From Candidatus Latescibacterota bacterium (GTDB lineage: Bacteria > Latescibacterota > UBA2968 > GCA-2709665): 64,000 nt of DNA. The stretch lies in NCBI GenBank assembly GCA_965116875.1, contig OZ220733.1, forward strand, positions 4,448,001 to 4,512,000, in the 5' to 3' direction. Of this stretch, positions 1-9,503 are shown piece after piece. Below the pieces are notes generated by a model. That model was not told the DNA's origin. It saw only the letters and a list, made by a program, of their open reading frames with translations, and ran no database searches. The position numbers were made by a program, and so were the translations under genes. How positions within the stretch are numbered: position 1 is the first letter of the stretch; each line of letters begins with the position of its first letter.

Positions 1-2
1 CC

Positions 3-857
3 TTCGGGTATTCCAATTCCGGCGTGGTAATCGGTCATGGAGAAGGGTGTGAAGATATCACGACGGGGACCCGGGTGGCGTGCATGGGCGGCGGTTACGC
101 GCTCCACGCGACCCACGCCTGCGTTCCCAGGAATATGGCCGTCCCGATGCCCGACGCCGTTCACTTTGAGGATGCGTCGGCCATTCATCTGGTCGCGACC
201 GCGTTGAATGCCGTCCGCCGGGCTGAGTTGACGCTTGGCGAATTCGTCGCGGTCGTGGGACTCGGCCCCGTGGGACAGTTCTCCTGCCAGTGGGCGCGGT
301 TGGCAGGCTGTCACACGCTTGCGCTGGACAGGCTGCCGATGCGACTGTCGGTGGCGGAGAAGACGGGCGTGAGCCGGAGCGTGAACGTGGGCGAGGAAGA
401 TCCCGTTGAGGCGTCAGGGGACTTTACGCGCGGATACGGTATGGATGCCGGCATAGTGGCCTTCGGCGGGGACGGCACCGAGGCTTTCAAGACCCTGGTG
501 GCGATGATGAAGCGGGCGCCGGACACACACCAGATGGGCCGGATCACAATCGTCGGCGGGGCGAAGATCGAGCACGTATTCGCATCGAGCCTGGGTAACC
601 TGGACGTGCGGAGCGCGGCCCGTACGGGACCCGGATACCACGATGAGGCATGGGAACACGGCAGGGATTATCCGCCCGTCTTCATGCAGTGGACGACCGG
701 GCGAAACCTTGAGGAGTGTCTGGAGTTCATGGCGTCCGGCGGTATGCTGGTCGAACCGCTGATCACCCACCGGGTCGGTCTTTCGGATGCGCCGGAGGCC
801 TGCGAAGACCTGATTCAGCGTCCCAACAAAGCGCTCGGCGTGGTATTACTGCCCTAG
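3..857 (+). CDS. Zinc-binding alcohol dehydrogenase (MDR family), 5'-truncated by the window edge
   Basis: Frame is open from position 3 (FGYSNSGVV); GLGPVG Rossmann motif; C-terminal LITHR typical of MDR enzymes. Confidence 0.85.
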   Translation, partial: FGYSNSGVVIGHGEGCEDITTGTRVACMGGGYALHATHACVPRNMAVPMPDAVHFEDASAIHLVATALNAVRRAELTLGEFVAVVGLGPVGQFSCQWARLAGCHTLALDRLPMRLSVAEKTGVSRSVNVGEEDPVEASGDFTRGYGMDAGIVAFGGDGTEAFKTLVAMMKRAPDTHQMGRITIVGGAKIEHVFASSLGNLDVRSAARTGPGYHDEAWEHGRDYPPVFMQWTTGRNLEECLEFMASGGMLVEPLITHRVGLSDAPEACEDLIQRPNKALGVVLLP

Positions 858-900
858 CCGCGTTGCGCTTGAGGGACCTGGAAGCGATAGGAGACCTGCA

Positions 901-1983
901 ATGTCTGAAAAACAGTACAGAGGCGGCGCCATCGGCCGCACGGGCCGCGGCGGTTACGGACACGGCCTTCATCTCGGATTGGCGGCGGCGGACGCGGTGG
1001 ATCTGGTGGCCCTGGCGGATCCGGACCCGCGCGGACGGCGCGAAGCCGCCGAGGCAGCCGGTGCGAATCGGACCTACGAAGACTACCGGGAGATGCTGGA
1101 AAAGGAAGCGCTGGAGATTGTAACCGTGGGTCCCCGCTGGGTGGATTGCCATGAAGAAATGGTACTGGCGTGCGTGGAAGCGGGCTGCCACGTCTACTGC
1201 GAGAAACCGATGGCCCACAGCCTGGAATCGGCGGACCGCATGGTGTCCGCGGCGGAACGTGCGGGCGTCAAACTGGCCGTGGCGCATCAGGGTGTTTATC
1301 TGCCTCAGGTTCACGCTGCGAAGCGCATGCTGGACTCCGGTGACATAGGCCCGCTGCAGGCGATTCATGCAACCGGCAAGCAGGACCATCGCGGCGGCGG
1401 CGAGGACATGATCGTGCTGGGTACGCATCTGTTCAATCTGATGCGGTTCCTGGCCGGCGACGTGGCCTGGATGAGCGCCCGGGTCATGGCGAATGAGCGG
1501 GAACTGCGGCCGGGTGATGCCCGCGAGGCGGCGGAACCGGTTGGCCTGATTGCCGGTGACTGTATTCACAGTTGTTTCGCATTTGAAAGCGGCGCCGCGG
1601 GGTCCTTTGTGTCCCGGGCGAATCAGCCCGGAAACGGGCAGTGTTTCGGTCTGGAACTGGTCGGGCGGGACGGGCGGCTCATGTTCAGGGGCGGCGCGCC
1701 GACCCTGATCGCCGCCTATCCGTACCCCGTCTGGCTGCCGGAGGACGAGTCGCAGGCCTGGAAGGTTCTGGACCTGGAAACCGCTCCGTTTACCGACGGC
1801 AATCGGTTGGCGATTCTGGATCTGATCGATGCGATCGAGCGCGACCGGCAGCCCCTGTCCAGCGGCGCGGATGCGGTGAAGGCCCTGGAAATGGTGCTGG
1901 GCGCCTATGCATCGCAGATCTCGGGCAGTCGTGTGACGTTTCCGATGTCCGAACGGAACCATCCACTCGAGGGATACGTATAG
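901..1983 (+). CDS. Gfo/Idh/MocA family oxidoreductase
   Basis: HVYCEKPMA motif, N-terminal Gly-rich NAD(P) fold, GTHLFNL. Confidence 0.9.
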   Translation: MSEKQYRGGAIGRTGRGGYGHGLHLGLAAADAVDLVALADPDPRGRREAAEAAGANRTYEDYREMLEKEALEIVTVGPRWVDCHEEMVLACVEAGCHVYCEKPMAHSLESADRMVSAAERAGVKLAVAHQGVYLPQVHAAKRMLDSGDIGPLQAIHATGKQDHRGGGEDMIVLGTHLFNLMRFLAGDVAWMSARVMANERELRPGDAREAAEPVGLIAGDCIHSCFAFESGAAGSFVSRANQPGNGQCFGLELVGRDGRLMFRGGAPTLIAAYPYPVWLPEDESQAWKVLDLETAPFTDGNRLAILDLIDAIERDRQPLSSGADAVKALEMVLGAYASQISGSRVTFPMSERNHPLEGYV

Positions 1984-2124
1984 CCGACCGCTCAAGTACG
2001 GATGCTGTGGACATCCCACTGGATTGTCGTATATTATCGTGAGTGGATCCGGTTTCAACCGGATTGCATCGGTTTCCGGCCTGTACACAGAGCAAACGGA
2101 CCCCGGCCCGGAGGTGGAATCAGG

Positions 2125-3087
2125 ATGAATGCGAGAATAACCAGAGATATCTCGGATCGGATGCGTCCTTCGATCATGCTGGCCGCATGGCCTGGCATGG
2201 GAAGCGTAGGCGTTGGGGCGCTGGATTACCTGCGCCGGAAACTCGACGCTATGCCGTTCGCGGAAATAGACATGAGCGAGTACTTCGCCCCGGAGGCGGT
2301 GGTTGTGGAAAAGGGACTCGCGCGTTCGTTTTCGGACCTGCCCAGCCATGTCTTCTACTACGTTGAAGAACCGCCGCTGATTATATCCGAGAGTGAAGCG
2401 CAGATACCGGGTATGGGAGGCACGGTCCTCATGGGCCACATGCTCGACCTCGCGCAGCGGTTCAAGGTGGAAGCCATCTACACCGGCGCGGCGTACGCAA
2501 TGCCCATCAGCCACAACGAACGCGTCCAGGTCCTCGGCGCGGCCAACCAGGAGGCCCTGCGCGACGCGCTCGAGAAGTACGGCGTGGAGATCCTGCAGGA
2601 AGGACACATCGCGGGTCTGAACGGGCTGTTGCTGGGTTCGGCCGGGCTTCGAAATATCCGGGCGGCATGCCTGTTGGCGACAATGCCGATGTACGCCCAG
2701 ATGATGCCGAATCCGAAAGCGTCGCGGGAGATCGTCCGCGTCTGGGCGAAGATGCTGGAACTGGATGTGAACATGTCGGAAATCGACCAGGCGGTGGAGC
2801 GCATGGACGACACCATGTCCCAGATAGAGGAAAAGATTCGCACCGCTTTCTCCACCATGGAGCACGAGAACGAGGATGAAATCGAACTCGAGAAAGTCGA
2901 CGAGGAGCAGGTGCCCCAGGTGGTCATGGAGCGGATCGAGCGCCTGTTTGGGGAGGTCGAACACGACACGTCCAGGGAAAAGGCCGCCCTGTTGAAGCGG
3001 GAACTGGACCGGTGGAATCTCTACGGATTTTACGAAGACCGGTTCCTGGGTCTGTTCCGGAAGGACAGCGGCCCCAATCGAGGTTGA
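2125..3087 (+). CDS. PAC2 (proteasome assembly chaperone)-family protein
   Basis: AAWPGMGSVG, GLNGLLLG and PNPKAS motifs; GGAGG upstream of ATG 2125. Confidence 0.85.
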   Translation: MNARITRDISDRMRPSIMLAAWPGMGSVGVGALDYLRRKLDAMPFAEIDMSEYFAPEAVVVEKGLARSFSDLPSHVFYYVEEPPLIISESEAQIPGMGGTVLMGHMLDLAQRFKVEAIYTGAAYAMPISHNERVQVLGAANQEALRDALEKYGVEILQEGHIAGLNGLLLGSAGLRNIRAACLLATMPMYAQMMPNPKASREIVRVWAKMLELDVNMSEIDQAVERMDDTMSQIEEKIRTAFSTMEHENEDEIELEKVDEEQVPQVVMERIERLFGEVEHDTSREKAALLKRELDRWNLYGFYEDRFLGLFRKDSGPNRG

Positions 3088-3254
3088 ACCCTCCCGTTCC
3101 ATCGTCTACCACCCGGAACGTGGCGAATCCCGGTTCCATCGTTCCGCTCCGCGCGAGCCGACTGCCCCGCGTCAATCCGCTGAATCCTGCCTCCGGCTGA
3201 TCCGGTCGCATCGTTCCCGCCCGCCACAACTGCAGGAAATATAAGGAGATCAAA

Positions 3255-4331
3255 GTGTATCCGGAACCTGTCGACAGTTCCCTGTTGAAAATCGACCTGT
3301 ACAGCGATACGGCAACCAAGCCCACCCGCGAAATGCGCGAGTTCATGTGCGCTGCGGAAGTCGGCGATGAGCAACGCGGCGAAGACCCGTCCGTGAACGA
3401 ACTGCAGGAGATGGTGGCTGAAATGCTGGGCAAGGAAGCCGCATTGCTGCTGCCTTCAGGCACAATGTGCAACCAGATTGCATTTGCGGTACATTGCCGC
3501 CCGGGCGATATGGTTCTCCTGGAAAGGAACGCACACCCGCTGCATTCAGAAGCCGGCGGCGCGGCGGTGCTCTCCAGCGCAACCCTGTACCCTGTCGACG
3601 GGGTCAACGGACAGTTTACGGCGGCGCATGTGGCGGAAGAGGTCCAGCCTGCGACCCGCTACTGGCCGGGCTTTCGCCTGGTCGCCGTCGAGCAGACCAC
3701 GAACCGGCCGGGCGGGCGGGTCTGGCCACTGGAACAGATGCGCGAGGTCTGCGATGCGGCCCACGAGCGAGACCTGCAGACGCACATGGACGGCGCCCGC
3801 CTGTTCAACGCGGTCGTCGCGTCGGGAATCCTGGCGGGGGACTACGCGGAAACCTTCGACTCTCTCTGGATCGATCTCAGCAAGGGCCTGGGCGCGCCAA
3901 TCGGGGGCGTGCTGGCCGGCTCGACCGGGTTTATCGAAGCCGCATGGCAATGGAAGCAGAGGATCGGCGGCGCCATGCGGCAGGCCGGCTTTGTCGCGGC
4001 CGCGGGGATATACGCGTTGAAACACAACGTCGACCGGCTCGCGGAGGACCACGCCAACGCCAGGAGGCTGGCCGTGGGTATATCCGACGCGCCGGGAATT
4101 CACGTGAATCCGGACGAGGTCGAGACCAATATGGTGAAATTCGACGTGGGAGGTACTGGAGCGAGTTCAAAGGAGTTCGCGGGCCGGCTGCTTGCCGGCT
4201 GGGGTGTCCGGGTGAGCACGCCGGGGCCTACCGCGATTCGCGCCATACCGTACCTTGGCGTCAGCCGGGACGACGTCGACGAGGCCACCCGCGCGATCTG
4301 CACACTTGCCGAGGAACTGGCTAAGAACTGA
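3255..4331 (+). CDS. ltaE: Low-specificity L-threonine aldolase (PLP)
   Basis: DLYSDT, PSGTMCN, HMDGARLFNA, LSKGLGAP (PLP lysine), GGAMRQAG; AGGAG RBS before GTG. Confidence 0.88.
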   Translation: MYPEPVDSSLLKIDLYSDTATKPTREMREFMCAAEVGDEQRGEDPSVNELQEMVAEMLGKEAALLLPSGTMCNQIAFAVHCRPGDMVLLERNAHPLHSEAGGAAVLSSATLYPVDGVNGQFTAAHVAEEVQPATRYWPGFRLVAVEQTTNRPGGRVWPLEQMREVCDAAHERDLQTHMDGARLFNAVVASGILAGDYAETFDSLWIDLSKGLGAPIGGVLAGSTGFIEAAWQWKQRIGGAMRQAGFVAAAGIYALKHNVDRLAEDHANARRLAVGISDAPGIHVNPDEVETNMVKFDVGGTGASSKEFAGRLLAGWGVRVSTPGPTAIRAIPYLGVSRDDVDEATRAICTLAEELAKN

Positions 4332-4352
4332 TCAATGACTCTCCAACGTCTT

Positions 4353-4377
4353 GTAGGGGCGTCCCTTGTGGGCGCCC
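4353..4377 (+). repeat. GTAG-type REP-like palindrome
   Basis: GTAGGGGCGTCCCTTGTGGGCGCCC: GTAG tetranucleotide followed by an imperfect GGGCG..CGCCC hairpin, just after the ltaE stop. Confidence 0.6.
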
Positions 4378-4506
4378 GGGTTAACATGCGGTGAGGGTTG
4401 TCCGTAGCGAATTAAGGTTCGGCAATTTACGACCCGGCGTACCCTGTGCGACGTTCAATCCGAATCCGCGCGCGGAACATGCGGTCCTTCCGTTGGAGTC
4501 GGAATA

Positions 4507-6027
4507 ATGAAATTGGCCACATATTGCGGGTTATTGGTTGTCCTGTTAGCCGTAATTGCCGACTCCTCCGTGAGCGCTCAGAATCTCCCGGCAATCCGCG
4601 CGAGGGCGAGGGCGCTGGAAGCGCAGGTCGCCGAAATCCGGGGACGAGAGTTCAAACGGGCCGTCGAGCTGGAGCTGAATGGAAGGTCGGGCTACAGCGC
4701 CCATCTCGAACGCAAGGCGCCGCTGCCGGGCCCGGTATTGTACCTTGAAGACCTGGACCGCTACGTTCGAAAGCTGGGCCTGTACAGGGGAGATGTCGTG
4801 CTGGAACGATCGTTCCTTCTGGGCGTAACCGCAATTGGAGTTGTCGCGTATTTCGACTTCGACGCGGACACGGTATTTCTGCTCGGCGATGACGTTGCCG
4901 TCGAACACTTGGAGGGCCGTCTGGCAATAGAGCTGTATCATGGCCTGCAAGACCAGTACTTCGACCTGAACGAATTCTTTCCGGACAAGACCGCTTTGAA
5001 CGCCGACGCGTTTCTGGCGCGAAGGGCCGTCGTCGAAGGCGAAGCGAGATACATAGATGAGATCCTGTGGCAGATGAAATGGAATGGCCATCTGCCCTCG
5101 CTGGGCCAGTTACAGGCGGCGATCCGCAATGACCTGAATGCAGATGCACAGCGAATACGAAGGTGGATGTCGCACGGTCCAACGGGGGAGAGCGAATCGG
5201 TTGCGGCCGCGAGGGCGGCGAGGATGGATTCCATACCGGGATTTGCCGTTCTCCAGCGCGTTCAGGTCCCTGCATTCGGGATGAATATCGTCAATCACAT
5301 CCGGAAGCAGCATTCAAACTGGAAGCGGGGATGGGAGCAAGTCGATCGGCTGTTTACCGATCCGCCGGTCTCCACCGAGCAGGTTCTGCATCCGGAGAAA
5401 TGGCTGGCCGGCGAGACGCCGGACCGGCTCGCATGGCCGCCGTTTGAAGAAACGGATCTGTTCGATGAGTGGGAATTGATACATGAAGATTCGATTGGCG
5501 AGTTGACGTGGCGTATCATCTTCGCCGAATTTGACTTGGCAACTGCCGGTGAACCGGCGGCGGCGGGATGGAACGGGGACCGCTTCGCGATGTTCCGATC
5601 TCCGGACGGCAAGGCGCTATTATACTTGCTGTATACAAGTTGGGACACCGACAAGGATGCAGTCGAATTTCAGGATCTTTACCGGGAGGTGCTGGCGTTA
5701 AAATATCCGTCAGACGGTACCCGCCACACCTTGACACGAAATAGACGCGACGTGTTGATTGTCGAAAGCGACCTGGACGTCGACACCGAAAATATCCTGG
5801 CGTTTATGAGATCGGTGCGAACCTGGGATCTGGAGGCGATCGGTGCTGCGGATTTCGACGGCAGCGGGATGGTCGACTTCAATGACTTTTTGCTGTTTGC
5901 AAGAAACTTCGGCAAGGACGAGCTTGCTTCGGATTACGATCCGGTCTACGACCTGAATCAGGACGGTCAGGTCAATTTCCCCGACTATCTGGAGTTTGTC
6001 AGGCATTTCGGATTGTCGGCTTCCTGA
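4507..6027 (+). CDS. Secreted zincin-like protein (degenerate HExxH) with C-terminal dockerin-like double EF-hand
   Basis: Signal peptide; IELYHGLQDQYF, VEGEA, PPVSTEQVLHPEK, AAAGWNGD; DFDGSGMVDFNDF and DLNQDGQVNFPDY loops. Confidence 0.75.
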   Translation: MKLATYCGLLVVLLAVIADSSVSAQNLPAIRARARALEAQVAEIRGREFKRAVELELNGRSGYSAHLERKAPLPGPVLYLEDLDRYVRKLGLYRGDVVLERSFLLGVTAIGVVAYFDFDADTVFLLGDDVAVEHLEGRLAIELYHGLQDQYFDLNEFFPDKTALNADAFLARRAVVEGEARYIDEILWQMKWNGHLPSLGQLQAAIRNDLNADAQRIRRWMSHGPTGESESVAAARAARMDSIPGFAVLQRVQVPAFGMNIVNHIRKQHSNWKRGWEQVDRLFTDPPVSTEQVLHPEKWLAGETPDRLAWPPFEETDLFDEWELIHEDSIGELTWRIIFAEFDLATAGEPAAAGWNGDRFAMFRSPDGKALLYLLYTSWDTDKDAVEFQDLYREVLALKYPSDGTRHTLTRNRRDVLIVESDLDVDTENILAFMRSVRTWDLEAIGAADFDGSGMVDFNDFLLFARNFGKDELASDYDPVYDLNQDGQVNFPDYLEFVRHFGLSAS

Positions 6028-6086
6028 TGACCCCTCGCCCGGAGAGTTTCACGGATTCCTGGCACGCTCCAGAGACGACTTATCGT

Positions 6087-6905
6087 ATGCGTATCATTGA
6101 TCCTCACGTTCACGTCTGGGTGAACGACCCGGCATACCCATGGGCCCCGGACAATGCGAACCCGCCCGCGGAAGATGCGACCTGTGAGCAGTTGCTCCAA
6201 CAGATGGCGCGTCACGGTACGGAGAAGACCGTACTCGTGCAGGTGATTCACTACAAGTGGGACAACCGGTACGCGGGGGATTGTCTGAAGAAATACCCGG
6301 ACCGTTTCGAAGGGGTCTGCCGCGTGGATCCGGAGAGTCCGGAAGCCGCCGACGATCTGAGCCGGTGGGTGGAGGAATACGGTTTCAGGGGCGTGAGGTT
6401 GAGCCCGGGCGCGGGGCCGGAAGGCGACTGGTTCACACGCAGTGACCTGGATGCGCTGTGGCGGCGAACCCGCGAACTGAAGGTGCCCATGTGCATCCTG
6501 ACGGTGCAGGAGCGGCTGCCGGACCTGGAGCGTTGGATTCGGCGATACGAAGACGTGCAGGTCTGCGTGGACCACATGGCAAGACCGTATGTCAACAGGG
6601 CCGACGGCGCCGCGAATCTGCTGCAACTCGCACGATATCCGCAGGTCTACGTGAAAATATCGGGCGCCTGGGCCGTTTCCGGTGAATCCTATCCGTACCG
6701 GGACACCCACGCGGTTGTGAAGCAGGTCTACGACGCATTCGGGCCGGAACGGCTCATGTGGGGCACCGACTGGCCGCTCGTCGAACAGAAATGCGGCTAT
6801 GCCGGCGCGCTGGATCTGGTTAGAAAACAGTTCGCTTTTCTGAGCGACGCGGACCGCGAATGGATTCTGGGCAGGACAGTGCTCAGGCTCTGGCCGTTCG
6901 CCTGA
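6087..6905 (+). CDS. Amidohydrolase_2 family (LigI/lactonase-like)
   Basis: IIDPHVHVW, VDHMARP, VYVKISG, RLMWGTDWP. Confidence 0.88.
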   Translation: MRIIDPHVHVWVNDPAYPWAPDNANPPAEDATCEQLLQQMARHGTEKTVLVQVIHYKWDNRYAGDCLKKYPDRFEGVCRVDPESPEAADDLSRWVEEYGFRGVRLSPGAGPEGDWFTRSDLDALWRRTRELKVPMCILTVQERLPDLERWIRRYEDVQVCVDHMARPYVNRADGAANLLQLARYPQVYVKISGAWAVSGESYPYRDTHAVVKQVYDAFGPERLMWGTDWPLVEQKCGYAGALDLVRKQFAFLSDADREWILGRTVLRLWPFA

Positions 6906-6929
6906 CGGACGGACACGGAGGAGGCGTTC

Positions 6930-7748
6930 ATGTACAAAGTGTCGTACGACGGTTCGAACAAGAAGGTCCTCTGGCAGGAGATGTGGCGGCACGAGTTCGA
7001 AGAGGCCCTGAAACACGATCCCGTGGTGATACTGCCCACCGGTTCGGTGGAACAGCACGGCCCGCACTGCCCGATGGACGTGGATATTGTGGGCCCGTTC
7101 TATATGGCCGTGCGGGTGGCGCAGCGGGTGGATGACTTCCCCGTCATCGTCGCGCCACCGATCTGGTCCGGATTTACGCACTACAACAAGGGGTTTGCCG
7201 GCACGATCAGCCTGAGGATCGAGACCTACCTGAACCTGGTTGGCGACGTGTGCAGGAGTATCTGTGACAATGGCTTCAAACGCATCGTGATGGTGAACGG
7301 ACACGGGGGCAATATGGCGCCCAACCACGTGGTTCGGGACACCATCGCGGAAGAGAACGTGTTCGTGGTGGCCTACAGCTGGTGGCAATCCGTCGCAGAC
7401 GAAATGCTGGCGTGGAGCGATGCGGACAACGGGAGCGTGGGTCATGGCGGTGAGTGGGAGACGTCGGTCATGCTGTATCTGCGGGAGCATCTCATCGCGA
7501 AATCCCTGATGAACGACGATATCTTTCCAAATCCGTTCAGCGAGGATCTGCGGCACTTCGGCGGATTCTCCGAGCGCCGAAGGGATACCCGCGACGTCAC
7601 CGGCACGATGGGCAGTTCCAGCGCGGCAAGCAGGGAGAAGGGTGAGAAGGTCTTCAACCTGGCCGTAGAACGCCTGGAGCGCCTGGTCAGGGAGTATCAC
7701 GAACAGCCGGTCAGGCAGTACAAGGAGTTCGGCTCGCATTGTCCGTGA
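6930..7748 (+). CDS. Creatininase-family amidohydrolase
   Basis: GSVEQHGPHCP, NGHGGN, GHGGEWETS; GGAGG RBS. Confidence 0.92.
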   Translation: MYKVSYDGSNKKVLWQEMWRHEFEEALKHDPVVILPTGSVEQHGPHCPMDVDIVGPFYMAVRVAQRVDDFPVIVAPPIWSGFTHYNKGFAGTISLRIETYLNLVGDVCRSICDNGFKRIVMVNGHGGNMAPNHVVRDTIAEENVFVVAYSWWQSVADEMLAWSDADNGSVGHGGEWETSVMLYLREHLIAKSLMNDDIFPNPFSEDLRHFGGFSERRRDTRDVTGTMGSSSAASREKGEKVFNLAVERLERLVREYHEQPVRQYKEFGSHCP

Positions 7749-7817
7749 GAGCCGGCGTCCCTGTGCAGGCGATGCAGGAGGTGTCGCGCTCAGTGACTTG
7801 CCTGGAGGTTCAAGAAT

Positions 7818-9434
7818 ATGTCGGATCTGCTTTATTTTGATTGTCACGCGACCCTTGGGCAGCGGCCCATGAAACATCCGCGGGTGCGCTGGTCTACGGA
7901 ACACCTTCTCGAGGACATGGACCTGGCCGAGATATCCGGCGCGCTGGTCACGCACGGCGTGGCCCGGAGTTATGATCCCGTATACGGAAATCGACGACTG
8001 CGGGAGGAAAGGGCCAGGGCGCCTGAGCGACTGTTCCCGCTGTGGTGTATCGTTCCGCTGGGAGACCCCGGTTTCTTCGCCGAAGGCGACGCGCTGATCG
8101 AGGCGATGGATGAGGAGGACGTCCGCGCCGTGCGCGTGGCGCCGGGCGGGTTTTCCATGCATCCGGAAATCGTCGGCCCCACGTTCGAGGTGCTGCAGCA
8201 TCATGGCATCCTGACGCTGCTGGAAGTGGGATGGGGAATGCCCGATATATTCGGGTTCTTCCACGAGTTGCTGTCCCGGTACCCGCGTTTGCCTGTACTG
8301 CTGACTGACCATGTATGGAGCCAGCAGCGCCACGTCTACGCCCTTATGCAGCGGCACGAAAATCTGCACCTGGAATTCTCTTCCTACCAGATCAACCGGG
8401 GTATTGAAAAGTACGTGGCCGACTTCGGAGACGAACGCCTGCTGTTCGGAACGGGGGGCACGGAAAAGTCGCCGGGCGCGGCGCGTTTTTACGTGGATTA
8501 CGCTCAGATTCCCGAAATGTCCAGGCGCCGGATTGCGGGTGGAAATCTGAGACGGCTTCTGAAGGGGCAGGGACCGGCCCAACCCGCGCCGCCCTCGAGC
8601 AGGGCGGACGGAATCATGGCCGAGGCCAGAGCGGGGCAGACGCTGTCCGTTCCGGTACTGGACGCGCACTCCCACGTCCTGCACGAAGGCGGTCAGACGG
8701 CGGGTGTGAACTATCTCATGTACGATGGAGACGCCGAACACATGCTGGCCCTGAACACGCTTTGCGGAATCGACCGGACGGCCATGATGAGCTGGAACGC
8801 GCCGGTTTGCGTGGATGCGCAGGACGGCAACGAGATCGTCAGGCGCGCCATGCGGAAATTCGGCGATCAGGTGGTCGGCGTGGCGGTTATCGACCCAACC
8901 CACATGACACCGGCGGAGATCGATGCGGAGATCCGGCTGAGGTATATCGACCAGGGATTCGTTGGAATGAAGCCGTACGTGCGGATGAACCTGAACTACG
9001 AACACGACGGATTCACACCCTGGTGGGAGTTTGGAAACCAATATCACCTGTACGCGTTGATGCACGTGGCCGGTCACACCGGCGGGGTGGCCGGCATCGG
9101 ACGGCTGGCGGACAGGTTCCCCAACGTAAGCTGGCTGATCGCGCACGCGGGGGGCAGTTATCCGTTCGCGGAGGAAGTGGCCGCGTGTATCGTGGATCAC
9201 CCGAACGTGTACGCCGAAATTACGCTCACCCCCGTCACGAATCGCGTGGTGGAGTTTCTGGTTGCGGCAACGGACGAGGACCACGTGCTGTTCGGCACGG
9301 ATGCGCCGATGAGAGACCCCCGGCAGCAACTCGGCTGGGTGGTCTGGGCTGATTTGCCGCTGGCAGTTAAAAAGAAAGTACTGGGCGGGAACTTCCAGCG
9401 GATACTGGATCGCGTGAAACTGCCTCGTCGGTAG
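7818..9434 (+). CDS. Tandem two-domain amidohydrolase-family protein
   Basis: Domain 1 FDCHA...LLFGTGG; domain 2 LDAHSH...IAHAGG...LFGTDAP. Confidence 0.82.
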   Translation: MSDLLYFDCHATLGQRPMKHPRVRWSTEHLLEDMDLAEISGALVTHGVARSYDPVYGNRRLREERARAPERLFPLWCIVPLGDPGFFAEGDALIEAMDEEDVRAVRVAPGGFSMHPEIVGPTFEVLQHHGILTLLEVGWGMPDIFGFFHELLSRYPRLPVLLTDHVWSQQRHVYALMQRHENLHLEFSSYQINRGIEKYVADFGDERLLFGTGGTEKSPGAARFYVDYAQIPEMSRRRIAGGNLRRLLKGQGPAQPAPPSSRADGIMAEARAGQTLSVPVLDAHSHVLHEGGQTAGVNYLMYDGDAEHMLALNTLCGIDRTAMMSWNAPVCVDAQDGNEIVRRAMRKFGDQVVGVAVIDPTHMTPAEIDAEIRLRYIDQGFVGMKPYVRMNLNYEHDGFTPWWEFGNQYHLYALMHVAGHTGGVAGIGRLADRFPNVSWLIAHAGGSYPFAEEVAACIVDHPNVYAEITLTPVTNRVVEFLVAATDEDHVLFGTDAPMRDPRQQLGWVVWADLPLAVKKKVLGGNFQRILDRVKLPRR

Positions 9435-9503
9435 ACGATCGCCCGTACCGTTGGCCGAATGGTGAGGAATTTTCGGGACAGGACAGCAGGAGGAACAGGA
9501 GAT

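Noticed and set aside
763-3102. 779-aa minus-strand ORF, and similar antisense ORFs such as 10167-11816, 32821-34311 and 59704-61311
   Set aside because: Shadow ORFs opposite recognisable genes
7740-7800. Creatininase ending in HCP-TGA as a possible second Sec readthrough
   Set aside because: The TGA is not in a Cys-equivalent motif that I recognise, I saw no convincing SECIS hairpin, and the domain is already complete
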